A stretch of DNA of 64,000 nt from NCBI GenBank assembly GCA_964016885.1, contig OZ024743.1, forward strand, positions 222,270,001 through 222,334,000, given 5' to 3'. The translations under genes were made by a program, and so were the position numbers. Source of the stretch: Eledone cirrhosa. Its lineage: Eukaryota. Below, piece after piece: positions 42,901 through 56,819 of this stretch (position 1 is its first letter; each line of letters opens with the position of its first letter). Below the pieces are notes generated by a model. The model saw only the letters and a program-made list of their open reading frames with translations. It had not been told where the DNA came from and ran no database searches.

Positions 42901-45900
42901 ATCTATACTCTATCCAATCAAAGTGATCTATACTCTACCCAATCCAGGTGATCTATACTCTATCCAATCCAAGTGATCTATACTCTACCCAATCCAAGTG
43001 ATCTATACTCTACCCAATCCAAGTGATCTATACTCTACCCAATCCAAGTTATCTATACTCTATCCAATCAAAGTAATCTATACTCTACCCAATCCAAGTG
43101 ATCTATACTCTACCCAATCCAAGTGATCTATACTCTATCCAATCAAGTGATCTATACTCTACCCAATCCAAGTGATCTATACTCTACCCAATCCAAGTGA
43201 TCTATACTCTATCCAATCCAAGTCCAATCCAAGTGATCTATACTCTACCCAATCCAAGTGATCTATACTCTACCCAATCCAGGTGATCTATACTCTATCC
43301 AATCCAAGTTATCTATACTCTACCCAATCCAGGTGATCTATACTCTATCCAATCAAAGTGATCTATACTCTACCCAATCCAAGTGATCTATACTCTATCC
43401 AATCAAAGTGATCTATACTCTACCAATCCAAGTGATCTATACTCTATCAATCCAAGTGATCTATACTCTACCCAATCCAAGTGATCTATACTCTACCAAT
43501 CCAAGTGATCTATACTCTACCAATCAAGTGATCTATCTCTCCAATCAAGTGATCTATACTCTACCCAATCCAAGTGATCTATACTCTACCCAATCCAAGT
43601 GATCTATACTCTATCCAATCAAAGTGATCTATACTCTACCCAATCCAAGTGATCTATACTCTATCCAATCAAAGTGATCTATACTCTACCCAATCCAAGT
43701 GATCTATACTCTACCCAATCCAAGTGATCTATACTCTACCAATCCAAGTGATCTATACTCTATCCAATCCAAGTGATCTATACTCTACCCAATCCAAGTG
43801 ATCTATACTCTACCCAATCCAAGTGATCTATACTCTATCCAATCAAAGTGATCTATACTCTACCCAATCCAAGTGATCTATACTCTACCAATCAAGTGAT
43901 CTATACTCTACCCAATCCAAGTGATCTATACTCTATCCAATCAAAGTGATCTATACTCTACCCAATCCAAGTGATCTATACTCTATCCAATCCAAGTGAT
44001 CTATACTCTACCCAATCCAAGTGATCTATACTCTACCCAATCAAAGTGATCTATACTCTACCCAATCCAAGTGATCTATACTCTATCCAATCCAAGTGAT
44101 CTATACTCTACCCAATCCAAGTGATCTATACTCTACCCAATCAAAGTGATCTATACTCTATCCCAATCCAAGTGATCTATACTCTACCCAATCCAAGTGA
44201 TCTATACTCTATCCAATCCAAGTGATCTATACTCTACCCAATCCAAGTGATCTATACTCTATCCAATCAAGTGATCTATACTCTACCCAATCCAAGTGAT
44301 CTATACTCTATCCAATCCAAGTGATCTATACTCTACCCAATCCAAGTGATCTATACTCTACCCAATCCAAGTGATCTATACTCTACCCAATCCAAGTGAT
44401 CTATACTCTACCCAATCCAAGTGATCTATACTCTACCCAATCCAAGTGATCTATACTCTACCCAATCCAAGTGATCTATACTCTACCCAATCCAAGTGAT
44501 CTATACTCTACCCAATCCAAGTGATCTATACTCTATCCAATCAAGTGATCTATACTCTACCCAATCCAAGTGATCTATACTCTACCCAATCCAAGTGATC
44601 TATACTCTATCCAATCCAAGTGATCTATACTCTACCCAATCCAAGTGATCTATACTCTATCCAATCAAAGTGATCTATACTCTACCCAATCCAAGTGATC
44701 TATACTCTACCCAATCAAGTGATCTATACTCTACCCAATCCAAGTGATCTATACTCTATCCAATCCAAGTGATCTATACTCTACCCAATCCAAGTGATCT
44801 ATACTCTACCCAATCCAAGGTGATCTATACTCTATCCAATCCAAGTGATCTATACTCTACCCAATCCAAGTGATCTATACTCTACCCAATCAAAGTGATC
44901 TATACTCTATCCCAATCAAGTGATCTATACTCTACCCAATCCAAGTGATCTATACTCTATCCCAATCAAAGTGATCTATACTCTACCCAATCCAAGTGAT
45001 CTATACTCTATCCAATCCAAGTGATCTATACTCTACCCAATCCAAGTGATCTATACTCTATCCAATCAAGTAATCTATACTCTACCCAATCCAAGTGATC
45101 TATACTCTACCCAATCCAAGTGATCTATACTCTATCCAATCCAAGTGATCTATACTCTACCCAATCCAAGTGATCTATACTCTACCCAATCCAAGTGATC
45201 TATACTCTACCCAATCCAAGTTATCTATACTCTATCCAATCAAAGTAATCTATACTCTACCCAATCCAAGTGATCTATACTCTACCCAATCCAAGTGATC
45301 TATACTCTATCCAATCCAAGTGATCTATACTCTATCCAATCCAAGTGATCTATACTCTACCCAATCCAAGTGATCTATACTCTACCCAATCCAGGTGATC
45401 TATACTCTATCCAATCCAAGTTATCTATACTCTACCCAATCCAGGTGATCTATACTCTATCCAATCAAAGTGATCTATACTCTACCCAATCCAAGTGATC
45501 TATACTCTACCCAATCCAAGTGATCTATACTCTACCCAATCCAGGTGATCTATACTCTATCCAATCCAAGTTATCTATACTCTACCCAATCCAGGTGATC
45601 TATACTCTACCCAATCCAAGTGATCTATACTCTACCCAATCCAAGTGATCTATACTCTATCCAATCAAAGTGATCTATACTCTACCCAATCCAAGTGATC
45701 TATACTCTATCCAATCCAAGTGATCTATACTCTACCCAATCCAAGTGATCTATACTCTACCCAATCCAAGTGATCTATACTCTACCCAATCCAAGTGATC
45801 TATACTCTACCCAATCAAAGTGATCTATACTCTACCCAATCCAAGTGATCTATACTCTACCCAATCCAGGTGATCTATACTCTACCCAATCCAAGTGATC

Positions 45901-48900
45901 TATACTCTATCCAATCCAAGTGATCTATACTCTACCCAATCCAAGTGATCTATACTCTATCCAATCCAGGTGATCTATACTCTACCCAATCCAGGTGATC
46001 TATACTCTATCCAATCAAAGTGATCTATACTCTACCCAATCCAAGTGATCTATCCTCTATCCAATCAAAGTGATCTATACTCTACCCAATCCAAGTGATC
46101 TATACTCTACCCAATCCAGGTGATCTATACTCTACCCAATCCAGGTGATCTATACTCTACCCAATCCAAGTGATCTATACTCTATCCAATCAAAGTGATC
46201 TATACTCTACCCAATCCAGGTGATCTATACTCTATCCAATCCAAGTGATCTATACTCTACCCAATCCAAGTGATCTATACTCTACCCAATCCAAGTGATC
46301 TATACTCTACCCAATCCAAGTGATCTATACTCTACCCAATCCAAGTGATCTATACTCTATCCAATCCAAGTGATCTATACTCTATCCAATCAAAGTGATC
46401 TATACTCTACCCAATCCAAGTGATCTATACTCTACCCAATCCAGGTGATCTATACTCTATCCAATCAAAGTGATCTATACTCTACCCAATCCAAGTGATC
46501 TATACTCTACCCAATCCAAGTGATCTATACTCTACCCAATCCAGGTGATCTATACTCTACCCAATCCAGGTGATCTATACTCTACCCAATCCAAGTGATC
46601 TATACTCTATCCAATCAAAGTGATCTATACTCTACCCAATCCAAGTGATCTATACTCTACCCAATCCAAGTGATCTATCCTCTATCCAATCAAAGTGATC
46701 TATACTCTACCCAATCCAAGTGATCTATACTCTACCCAATCCAAGTGATCTATACTCTACCCAATCCAAGTGATCTATACTCTATCCAATCCAAGTGATC
46801 TATACTCTACCCAATCCAAGTGATCTATACTCTACCCAATCCAAGTGATCTATACTCTACCCAATCCAAGTGATCTATACTCTACCCAATCCAAGTGATC
46901 TATACTCTACCCAATCCAAGTGATCTATACTCTACCCAATCCAAGTGATCTATACTCTACCCAATCCAAGTGATCTATACTCTACCCAATCCAAGTGATC
47001 TATACTCTACCCAATCCAGGTGATCTATACTCTACCCAATCCAAGTGATCTATACTCTACCCAATCCAAGTGATCTATACTCTACCCAATCCAAGTGATC
47101 TATACTCTACCCAATCCAGGTGATCTATACTCTACCCAATCCAAGTGATCTATACTCTACCCAATCCAAGTGATCTATACTCTACCCAATCCAAGTGATC
47201 TATACTCTACCCAATCCAAGTGATCTATACTCTACCCAATCCAAGTGATCTATACTCTACCCAATCCAAGTGATCTATACTCTACCCAATCCAGGTGATC
47301 TATACTCTACCCAATCCAAGTGATCTATACTCTACCCAATCCAAGTGATCTATACTCTATCCAATCCAAGTGATCTATACTCTATCCAATCCAAGTGATC
47401 TATACTCTATCCAATCCAAGTGATCTATACTCTACCCAATCCAAGTGATCTATACTCTACCCAATCCAAGTGATCTATACTCTATCCAATCCAAGTGATC
47501 TATACTCTATCCAATCAAAGTGATCTATACTCTATCCAATCCAAGTGATCTATACTCTACCCAATCCAAGTGATCTATACTCTACCCAATCCAGGTGATC
47601 TATACTCTATCCAATCAAAGTGATCTATACTCTACCCAATCCAAGTGATCTATACTCTACCCAATCCAGGTGATCTATACTCTATCCAATCAAAGTGATC
47701 TATACTCTACCCAATCCAAGTGATCTATACTCTACCCAATCCAGGTGATCTATACTCTATCCAATCCAAGTGATCTATACTCTACCCAATCCAAGTGATC
47801 TATACTCTATCCAATCCAAGTGATCTATCCTCTATCCAATCAAAGTGATCTATACTCTACCCAATCCAAGTGATCTATACTCTATCCAATCAAAGTGATC
47901 TATACTCTACCCAATCCAAGTGATCTATACTCTACCCAATCCAGGTGATCTATACTCTACCCAATCCAAGTGATCTATCCTCTATCCAATCAAAGTGATC
48001 TATACTCTACCCAATCCAAGTGATCTATCCTCTATCCAATCAAAGTGATCTATACTCTACCCAATCCAAGTGATCTATACTCTATCCAATCAAAGTGATC
48101 TATACTCTACCCAATCCAAGTGATCTATACTCTACCCAATCCAAGTGATCTATACTCTATCCAATCAAAGTGATCTATACTCTACCCAATCCAAGTGATC
48201 TATCCTCTATCCAATCAAAGTGATCTATACTCTATCCAATCCAAGTGATCTATACTCTACCCAATCCAAGTGATCTATCCTCTATCCAATCAAAGTGATC
48301 TATACTCTATCCAATCCAAGTGATCTATACTCTATCCAATCAAAGTGATCTATACTCTATCCAATCAAAGTGATCTATCCTCTATCCAATCAAAGTGATC
48401 TATACTCTACCCAATCCAAGTGATCTATACTCTATCCAATCCAAGTGATCTATACTCTACCCAATCCAAGTGATCTATACTCTATCCAATCAAAGTGATC
48501 TATACTCTACCCAATCCAAGTGATCTATACTCTACCCAATCCAGGTGATCTATACTCTACCCAATCCAAGTGATCTATCCTCTATCCAATCAAAGTGATC
48601 TATACTCTACCCAATCCAAGTGATCTATCCTCTATCCAATCAAAGTGATCTATACTCTACCCAATCCAAGTGATCTATACTCTATCCAATCAAAGTGATC
48701 TATACTCTACCCAATCCAAGTGATCTATACTCTATCCAATCCAAGTGATCTATACTCTACCCAATCCAAGTGATCTATCCTCTATCCAATCAAAGTGATC
48801 TATACTCTACCCAATCCAAGTGATCTATACTCTATCCAATCCAAGTGATCTATACTCTACCCAATCCAAGTGATCTATCCTCTATCCAATCAAAGTGATC

Positions 48901-51900
48901 TATACTCTACCCAATCCAAGTGATCTATACTCTACCCAATCCAAGTGATCTATACTCTATCCAATCAAAGTGATCTATACTCTACCCAATCCAAGTGATC
49001 TATACTCTATCCAATCAAAGTGATCTATACTCTACCCAATCCAAGTGATCTATACTCTACCCAATCCAGGTGATCTATACTCTATCCAATCAAAGTGATC
49101 TATACTCTACCCAATCCAAGTGATCTATCCTCTATCCAATCAAAGTGATCTATACTCTACCCAATCCAAGTGATCTATACTCTATCCAATCAAAGTGATC
49201 TATACTCTACCCAATCCAAGTGATCTATACTCTATCCAATCCAAGTGATCTATACTCTACCCAATCCAAGTGATCTATCCTCTATCCAATCAAAGTGATC
49301 TATACTCTACCCAATCCAAGTGATCTATACTCTATCCAATCAAAGTGATCTATACTCTACCCAATCCAAGTGATCTATACTCTATCCAATCAAAGTGATC
49401 TATACTCTACCCAATCCAAGTGATCTATACTCTACCCAATCCAGGTGATCTATACTCTATCCAATCCAAGTTATCTATACTCTACCCAATCCAAGTGATC
49501 TATCCTCTATCCAATCAAAGTGATCTATACTCTACCCAATCCAAGTGATCTATCCTCTATCCAATCAAAGTGATCTATACTCTACCCAATCCAAGTGATC
49601 TATCCTCTATCCAATCCAAGTGATCTATACTCTACCCAATCCAAGTGATCTATACTCTATCCAATCCAAGTGATCTATACTCTACCCAATCCAAGTGATC
49701 TATACTCTACCCAATCAAAGTGATCTATACTCTACCCAATCCAGGTGATCTATACTCTACCCAAACCAAGTGATCTATACTCTATCCAATCCAAGTGATC
49801 TATACTCTACCCAATCCAAGTGATCTATCCTCTATCCAATCAAAGTGATCTATACTCTACCCAATCCAAGTGATCTATCCTCTATCCAATCAAAGTGATC
49901 TATACTCTACCCAATCCAAGTGATCTATCCTCTATCCAATCCAAGTGATCTATACTCTACCCAATCCAAGTGATCTATACTCTATCCAATCCAAGTGATC
50001 TATACTCTACCCAATCCAAGTGATCTATACTCTACCCAATCAAAGTGATCTATACTCTACCCAATCCAAGTGATCTATACTCTACCCAATCCAAGTGATC
50101 TATACTCTACCCAATCCAAGTGATCTATACTCTACCCAATCCAAGTGATCTATACTCTATCCAATCCAAGTGATCTATACTCTATCCAATCCAAGTGATC
50201 TATACTCTACCCAATCAAAGTGATCTATACTCTACCCAATCAAAGTGATCTATACTCTACCCAATCCAAGTGATCTATACTCTACCCAATCCAAGTGATC
50301 TATACTCTACCCAATCCAAGTGATCTATACTCTATCCAATCCAAGTGATCTATACTCTACCCAATCCAAGTGATCTATACTCTACCCAATCAAAGTGATC
50401 TATACTCTACCCAATCCAAGTGATCTATACTCTACCCAATCCAAGTGATCTATACTCTACCCAATCCAAGTGATCTATACTCTACCCAATCCAAGTGATC
50501 TATACTCTATCCAATCCAAGTGATCTATACTCTATCCAATCCAAGTGATCTATACTCTACCCAATCCAAGTGATCTATACTCTACCCAATCCAAGTGATC
50601 TATACTCTATCCAATCCAAGTGATCTATACTCTACCCAATCCAAGTGATCTATACTCTATCCAATCAAAGTGATCTATACTCTACCCAATCCAAGTGATC
50701 TATACTCTACCCAATCCAAGTGATCTATACTCTATCCAATCCAAGTGATCTATACTCTACCCAATCCAAGTGATCTATACTCTACCCAATCCAGGTGATC
50801 AATACTCTACCCAATCCAAGTGATCTATACTCTACCCAATCCAAGTGATCTATACTCTACCCAATCCAAGTGATCTATACTCTATCCAATCAAAGTGATC
50901 TATACTCTACCCAATCCAAGTGATCTATACTCTACCCAATCCAGGTGATCTATACTCTATCCAATCAAAGTGATCTATACTCTACCCAATCCAAGTGATC
51001 TATACTCTACCCAATCAAAGTGATCTATACTCTATCCAATCAAAGTGATCTATACTCTACCCAATCCAGGTGATCTATACTCTATCCAATCAAAGTGATC
51101 TATACTCTACCCAATCCAAGTGATCTATACTCTACCCAATCCAAGTGATCTATACTCTACCCAATCCAAGTGATCTATACTCTACCCAATCCAAGTGATC
51201 TATACTCTATCCAATCCAAGTGATCTATACTCTATCCAATCCAAGTGATCTATACTCTACCCAATCCAAGTGATCTATACTCTACCCAATCAAAGTGATC
51301 TATACTCTACCCAATCCAAGTGATCTATACTCTATCCAATCCAAGTGATCTATACTCTACCCAATCCAAGTGATCTATACTCTACCCAATCCAAGTGATC
51401 TATACTCTATCCAATCCAAGTGATCTATACTCTATCCAATCCAAGTGATCTATACTCTACCCAATCCAAGTGATCTATACTCTACCCAATCCAAGTGATC
51501 TATACTCTACCCAATCCAAGTGATCTATACTCTAACCAATCCAAGTGATCTATACTCTATCCAATCCAAGTGATCTATACTCTATCCAATCCAAGTGATC
51601 TATACTCTATCCAATCCAAGTGATCTATACTCTATCCAATCCAAGTGATCTATACTCTATCCAATCCAAGTGATCTATACTCTATCCAATCCAAGTGATC
51701 TATACTCTACCCAATCCAAGTGATCTATACTCTACCCAATCCAAGTGATCTATACTCTACCCAATCCAAGTGATCTATACTCTACCCAATCCAAGTGATC
51801 TATACTCTAACCAATCCAAGTGATCTATACTCTATCCAATCCAAGTGATCTATACTCTATCCAATCCAAGTGATCTATACTCTATCCAATCCAAGTGATC

Positions 51901-53697
51901 TATACTCTATCCAATCCAAGTGATCTATACTCTATCCAATCCAAGTGATCTATACTCTACCCAATCCAAGTGATCTATACTCTACCCAATCCAAGTGATC
52001 TATACTCTACCCAATCCAAGTGATCTATACTCTACCCAATCCAAGTGATCTATACTCTACCCAATCCAAGTGATCTATACTCTATCCAATCCAAGTGATC
52101 TATACTCTATCCAATCCAAGTGATCTATACTCTACCCAATCCAAGTGATCTATACTCTACCCAATCCAAGTGATCTATACTCTACCCAATCCAAGTGATC
52201 TATACTCTATCCAATCCAAGTGATCTATACTCTACCCAATCCAAGTGATCTATACTCTACCCAATCCAAGTGATCTATACTCTACCCAATCCAAGTGATC
52301 TATACTCTAACCAATCCAAGTGATCTATACTCTACCCAATCCAAGTGATCTATACTCTACCCAATCCAAGTGATCTATACTCTATCCAATCCAAGTGATC
52401 TATACTCTACCCAATCCAAGTGATCTATACTCTACCCAATCCAAGTGATCTATACTCTACCCAATCCAAGTGATCTATACTCTACCCAATCCAAGTGATC
52501 TATACTCTATCCAATCCAAGTGATCTATACTCTACCCAATCCAAGTGATCTATACTCTACCCAATCCAAGTGATCTATACTCTACCCAATCCAAGTGATC
52601 TATACTCTACCCAATCCAAGTGATCTATACTCTATCCAATCCAAGTGATCTATACTCTACCCAATCCAAGTGATCTATACTCTACCCAATCCAAGTGATC
52701 TATACTCTACCCAATCCAAGTGATCTATACTCTACCCAATCCAAGTGATCTATACTCTACCCAATCCAAGTGATCTATACTCTACCCAATCCAAGTGATC
52801 TATACTCTACCCAATCCAAGTGATCTATACTCTACCCAATCCAAGTGATCTATACTCTACCCAATCCAAGTGATCTATACTCTATCCAATCCAAGTGATC
52901 TATACTCTACCCAATCCAAGTGATCTATACTCTACCCAATCCAAGTGATCTATACTCTACCCAATCCAAGTGATCTATACTCTACCCAATCCAAGTGATC
53001 TATACTCTATCCAATCCAAGTGATCTATACTCTACCCAATCCAAGTGATCTATACTCTACCCAATCCAAGTGATCTATACTCTACCCAATCCAAGTGATC
53101 TATACTCTACCCAATCCAAGTGATCTATACTCTATCCAATCCAAGTGATCTATACTCTACCCAATCCAAGTGATCTATACTCTACCCAATCCAAGTGATC
53201 TATACTCTACCCAATCCAAGTGATCTATTCTCTACCCAATCCAAGTGATCTATACTCTACCCAATCCAAGTGATCTATACTCTACCCAATCCAAGTGATC
53301 TATACTCTATCCAATCCAAGTGATCTATACTCTACCCAATCCAAGTGATCTATACTCTACCCAATCCAAGTGATCTATACTCTATCCAATCCAAGTGATC
53401 TATACTCTACCCAATCCAAGTGATCTATACTCTACCCAATCCAAGTGATCTATACTCTATCCAATCCAAGTGATCTATACTCTACCCAATCCAAGTGATC
53501 TATACTCTACCCAATCCAAGTGATCTATACTCTATCCAATCCAAGTGATCTATACTCTACCCAATCCAAGTGATCTATACTCTACCCAATCCAAGTGATC
53601 TATACTCTAACCAATCCAAGTGATCTATACTCTACCCAATCAAAGTGATCTATACTCTACCCAATCAAAGTGATCTATACTCTACCCAATCCAAGTG
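12976..53697. repeat. 25-bp satellite array GATCTATACTCTACCCAATCCAAGT (~1620 copies in assembled sequence)
   Basis: Head-to-tail repeats in one orientation; main variant C/T (TACCC vs TATCC); no insertions of foreign sequence seen. Confidence 0.99.
34175..34374. other. Assembly gap (200 N) inside the satellite
   Basis: N run of round length; true size unknown. Confidence 0.99.
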
Positions 53698-53703
53698 TTC
53701 TGG

Positions 53704-54188
53704 GGATGACGATAATGGTGATGATAATGGTGATGATGACGATAATGGTAATGATGATGATGGTGATGATGATGATGATGATGATGATGACAATAATGGT
53801 GATGATGATGGTGATGATGACAATAATGGTGATGATGATGATGGTGATGACGATAATGGTGATGATGATGATGGGGATGACGATAATGTTGATGATGATG
53901 GGGATGACGATAATGGTGATGATGATGATGGTGGTGATGATGATAATGGTGATGATGATGGTGGTGATGACGATAATGGTGATGGTGATGATAATGGTGA
54001 TGATGACGATAATGGTAATGATGATGATGGTGATGATGATGATGATGATGATGATGACAATAATGGTGATGATGATGATGGTGATGATGACAATAATGGT
54101 GATGATGATTGTGATGATGACAATAATGGTGATGATGATGATGGTGATCGTGATGATAATGATGATGGTGATGGTGATGATAATGATG
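53704..54188. repeat. Compound trinucleotide repeat (GAT/GAC/GGT/AAT)n
   Basis: Direct; an internal block from about 53722 recurs at about 53989. Confidence 0.95.
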
Positions 54189-54645
54189 GGAGTAGGAAAA
54201 AGTCAATAACATATGTTAGTTATCATTTGCATTCACATATGTATCTAATTGATCCTACATTGTACAAGAATAAAAAACAATGAAATAAAAAAAAATGGAC
54301 ATGAAGGAAGGACTCACACTTATTTCAAATGACCGTTTCTTGTTACGCTTAAAGGGAATTAAGCGCATAGCAAGTTAATCTGATAATAACCACAGAGAAT
54401 TCCATTCTTCTGCATCAGCCTCTACGTTAAGGGATTGGCTGAGATGTTTTCTATTTAAGCAAATAATCATATTGCTTTGGCATTCATCTTGGCAAAGCTT
54501 TCTCAATGCAGCAACATACAGACAGATGAACAATTGTAAAGACAGAGAATAAGGAAGGTTAAGAAGATTAGTAAAGCAATATATTGAATCACAGGGAGGA
54601 TACAAACACATACGGTGAATCTAGCTTCAACCTATAGAATACACT

Positions 54646-56760
54646 GTACAGGTTCCATTTACAGTTGGTTGTAACCATGGCAATAGTACAGGTTCCATTT
54701 ACAGTTGGTTGTAACCATGGCAATAGTACAGGTTCCATTTACAGTTGGTTGTAACCATGGCAATAGTACAGGTTCCATTTACAGTTGGTTGTAACCATGG
54801 CAATAGTACAGGTTACATTTACAGTTGGTTGTAACCATGGCAATAGTACAGGTTCCATTTACAGTTGGTTGTAACCATGGCAATAGTACAGGTTCCATTT
54901 ACAGTTGGTTGTAACCATGGCAATAGTACAGGTTCCATTTACAGTTGGTTGTAACCATGGCAATAGTACAGGTTCTATTTACAGTTGGTTGTAACCATGG
55001 CAATAGTACTGACTCCATTTACAGTTGGTTGTAACCATGGCAATAGTACAGGTTCTATTTACAGTTGGTTGTAACCATGGCAATAGTACAGGTTCCATTT
55101 ACAATTGGTTGTAACCATGGCAATAGTACAGGTTCCATTTACAGTTGGTTGTAACCATGGCAATAGTACAGGTTACATTTACAGTTGGTTGTAACCATGG
55201 CAATAGTACAGGTTCCATTTACAGTTGGTTGTAACCATGGCAATAGTACAGGTTCCATTTACAGTTGGTTGTAACCATGGCAATAGTACAGGTTCCATTT
55301 ACAGTTGGTTGTAACCATGGCAATAGTACAGGTTCTATTTACAGTTGGTTGTAACCATGGCAATAGTACTGACTCCATTTACAGTTGGTTGTAACCATGG
55401 CAATAGTACAGGTTCTATTTACAGTTGGTTGTAACCATGGCAATAGTACAGGTTCCATTTACAATTGGTTGTAACCATGGCAATAGTACAGGTTCCATTT
55501 ACAGTTGGTTGTAACCATGGCAATAGTACAGGTTCCATTAATAGTTGGTTGTAACCATGGCAATAGTACAGGTTCCATCTACAATTGGTTGTAACCATGG
55601 CAATAGTACAGACTCCATTTACAATTGGTTGTAACCATGGCAATAGTACAGGTTCCATTTACAGTTGGTTGTAACCATGACAATAGTACAGGTTCCATCT
55701 ACAATTGGTTGTAACCATGGCAATAGTACACGTTCCATTTACAGTTGGTTGTAACCATGGCAATAGTACACGTTCCATTTACAGTTGGTTGTAACCATGG
55801 CAATAGTACAGGTTCCATTTTCAGTTGGTTGTAACCATGGCAATAGCATAGGCTTCCTCTACAGTTGGTTGTAACCATGGCAATAGTACAGGTTCCATTT
55901 ACAGTTGGTTGTAACCATGGCAATAGTACAGGTTCCATTTACAGTTGGTTGTAACCATGGCAATAGTACAGGTTCCATTTACAGTTGGTTGTAACCATGG
56001 CAATAGTACAGGTTCTATTTACAGTTGGTTGTAACCATGGCAATAGTACTGACTCCATTTACAGTTGGTTGTAACCATCGCAATAGTACAGGTTCTATTT
56101 ACAGTTGGTTGTAACCATGGCAATAGTACAGGTTCCATTTACAATTGGTTGTAACCATGGCAATAGTACAGGTTCCATTTACAGTTGGTTGTAACCATGG
56201 CAATAGTACAGGTTCTATTTACAGTTGGTTGTAACCATGGCAATAGTACTGACTCCATTTACAGTTGGTTGTAACCATGGCAATAGTACAGGTCCCATTT
56301 ACAATTGGTTGTAACCATGGCAATAGTACAGGTTCCATTTACAATTGGTTGTAACCATGGCAATAGTACAGGTTCCATTAATAGTTGGTTGTAACCATGA
56401 CAATAGTACAGGTTCCATCTACAATTGGTTGTAACCATGGCAATAGTACAGACTCCATTTACAATTGGTTGTAACCATGGCAATAGTACAGGTTCCATTT
56501 ACAGTTGGTTGTAACCATGGCAATAGTACAGGTTCCATTTACAGTTGGTTGTAACCATGGCAATAGTACACGTTCCATTTACAGTTGGTTGTAACCATGG
56601 CAATAGTACAGGTTCCATTTTCAGTTGGTTGTAACCATGGCAATAGCATAGGCTTCCTCTACAGTTGGTTGTAACCATGGCAATAGCATAGGCTTCAGCT
56701 ACAGTTGGTTGTAACCATGGCAATAGCATAGGCTTCATCTACAGTTGGTTATCACTATAG
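54646..56760. repeat. 40-bp satellite GTACAGGTTCCATTTACAGTTGGTTGTAACCATGGCAATA (~52 copies)
   Basis: Exact 40-bp period. Confidence 0.98.
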
Positions 56761-56819
56761 TAACAGTACAGGTTCTATTTACAGCTGATTGTAACCATGG
56801 TAGCAGTATAGGTGTGAGC

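Noticed and set aside
34124-45100. Short ORFs and frequent 1-bp indels in the satellite
   Set aside because: ORFs arise from the N gap or indels; indels cluster near the contig ends and look like long-read consensus errors.
12976-53697. Telomeric repeat (minus strand TTGGATTGGGTAG)
   Set aside because: No TTAGGG units, and the array is internal with ordinary sequence on both sides.
54375-54611. 78-aa minus-strand ORF between the arrays
   Set aside because: No recognisable motif and no convincing splice sites or start context.
55419-56738. Repeated 79-aa ORFs (MEPVLLPWLQP...)
   Set aside because: The 40-bp period is not a multiple of 3; these are translations of the satellite.
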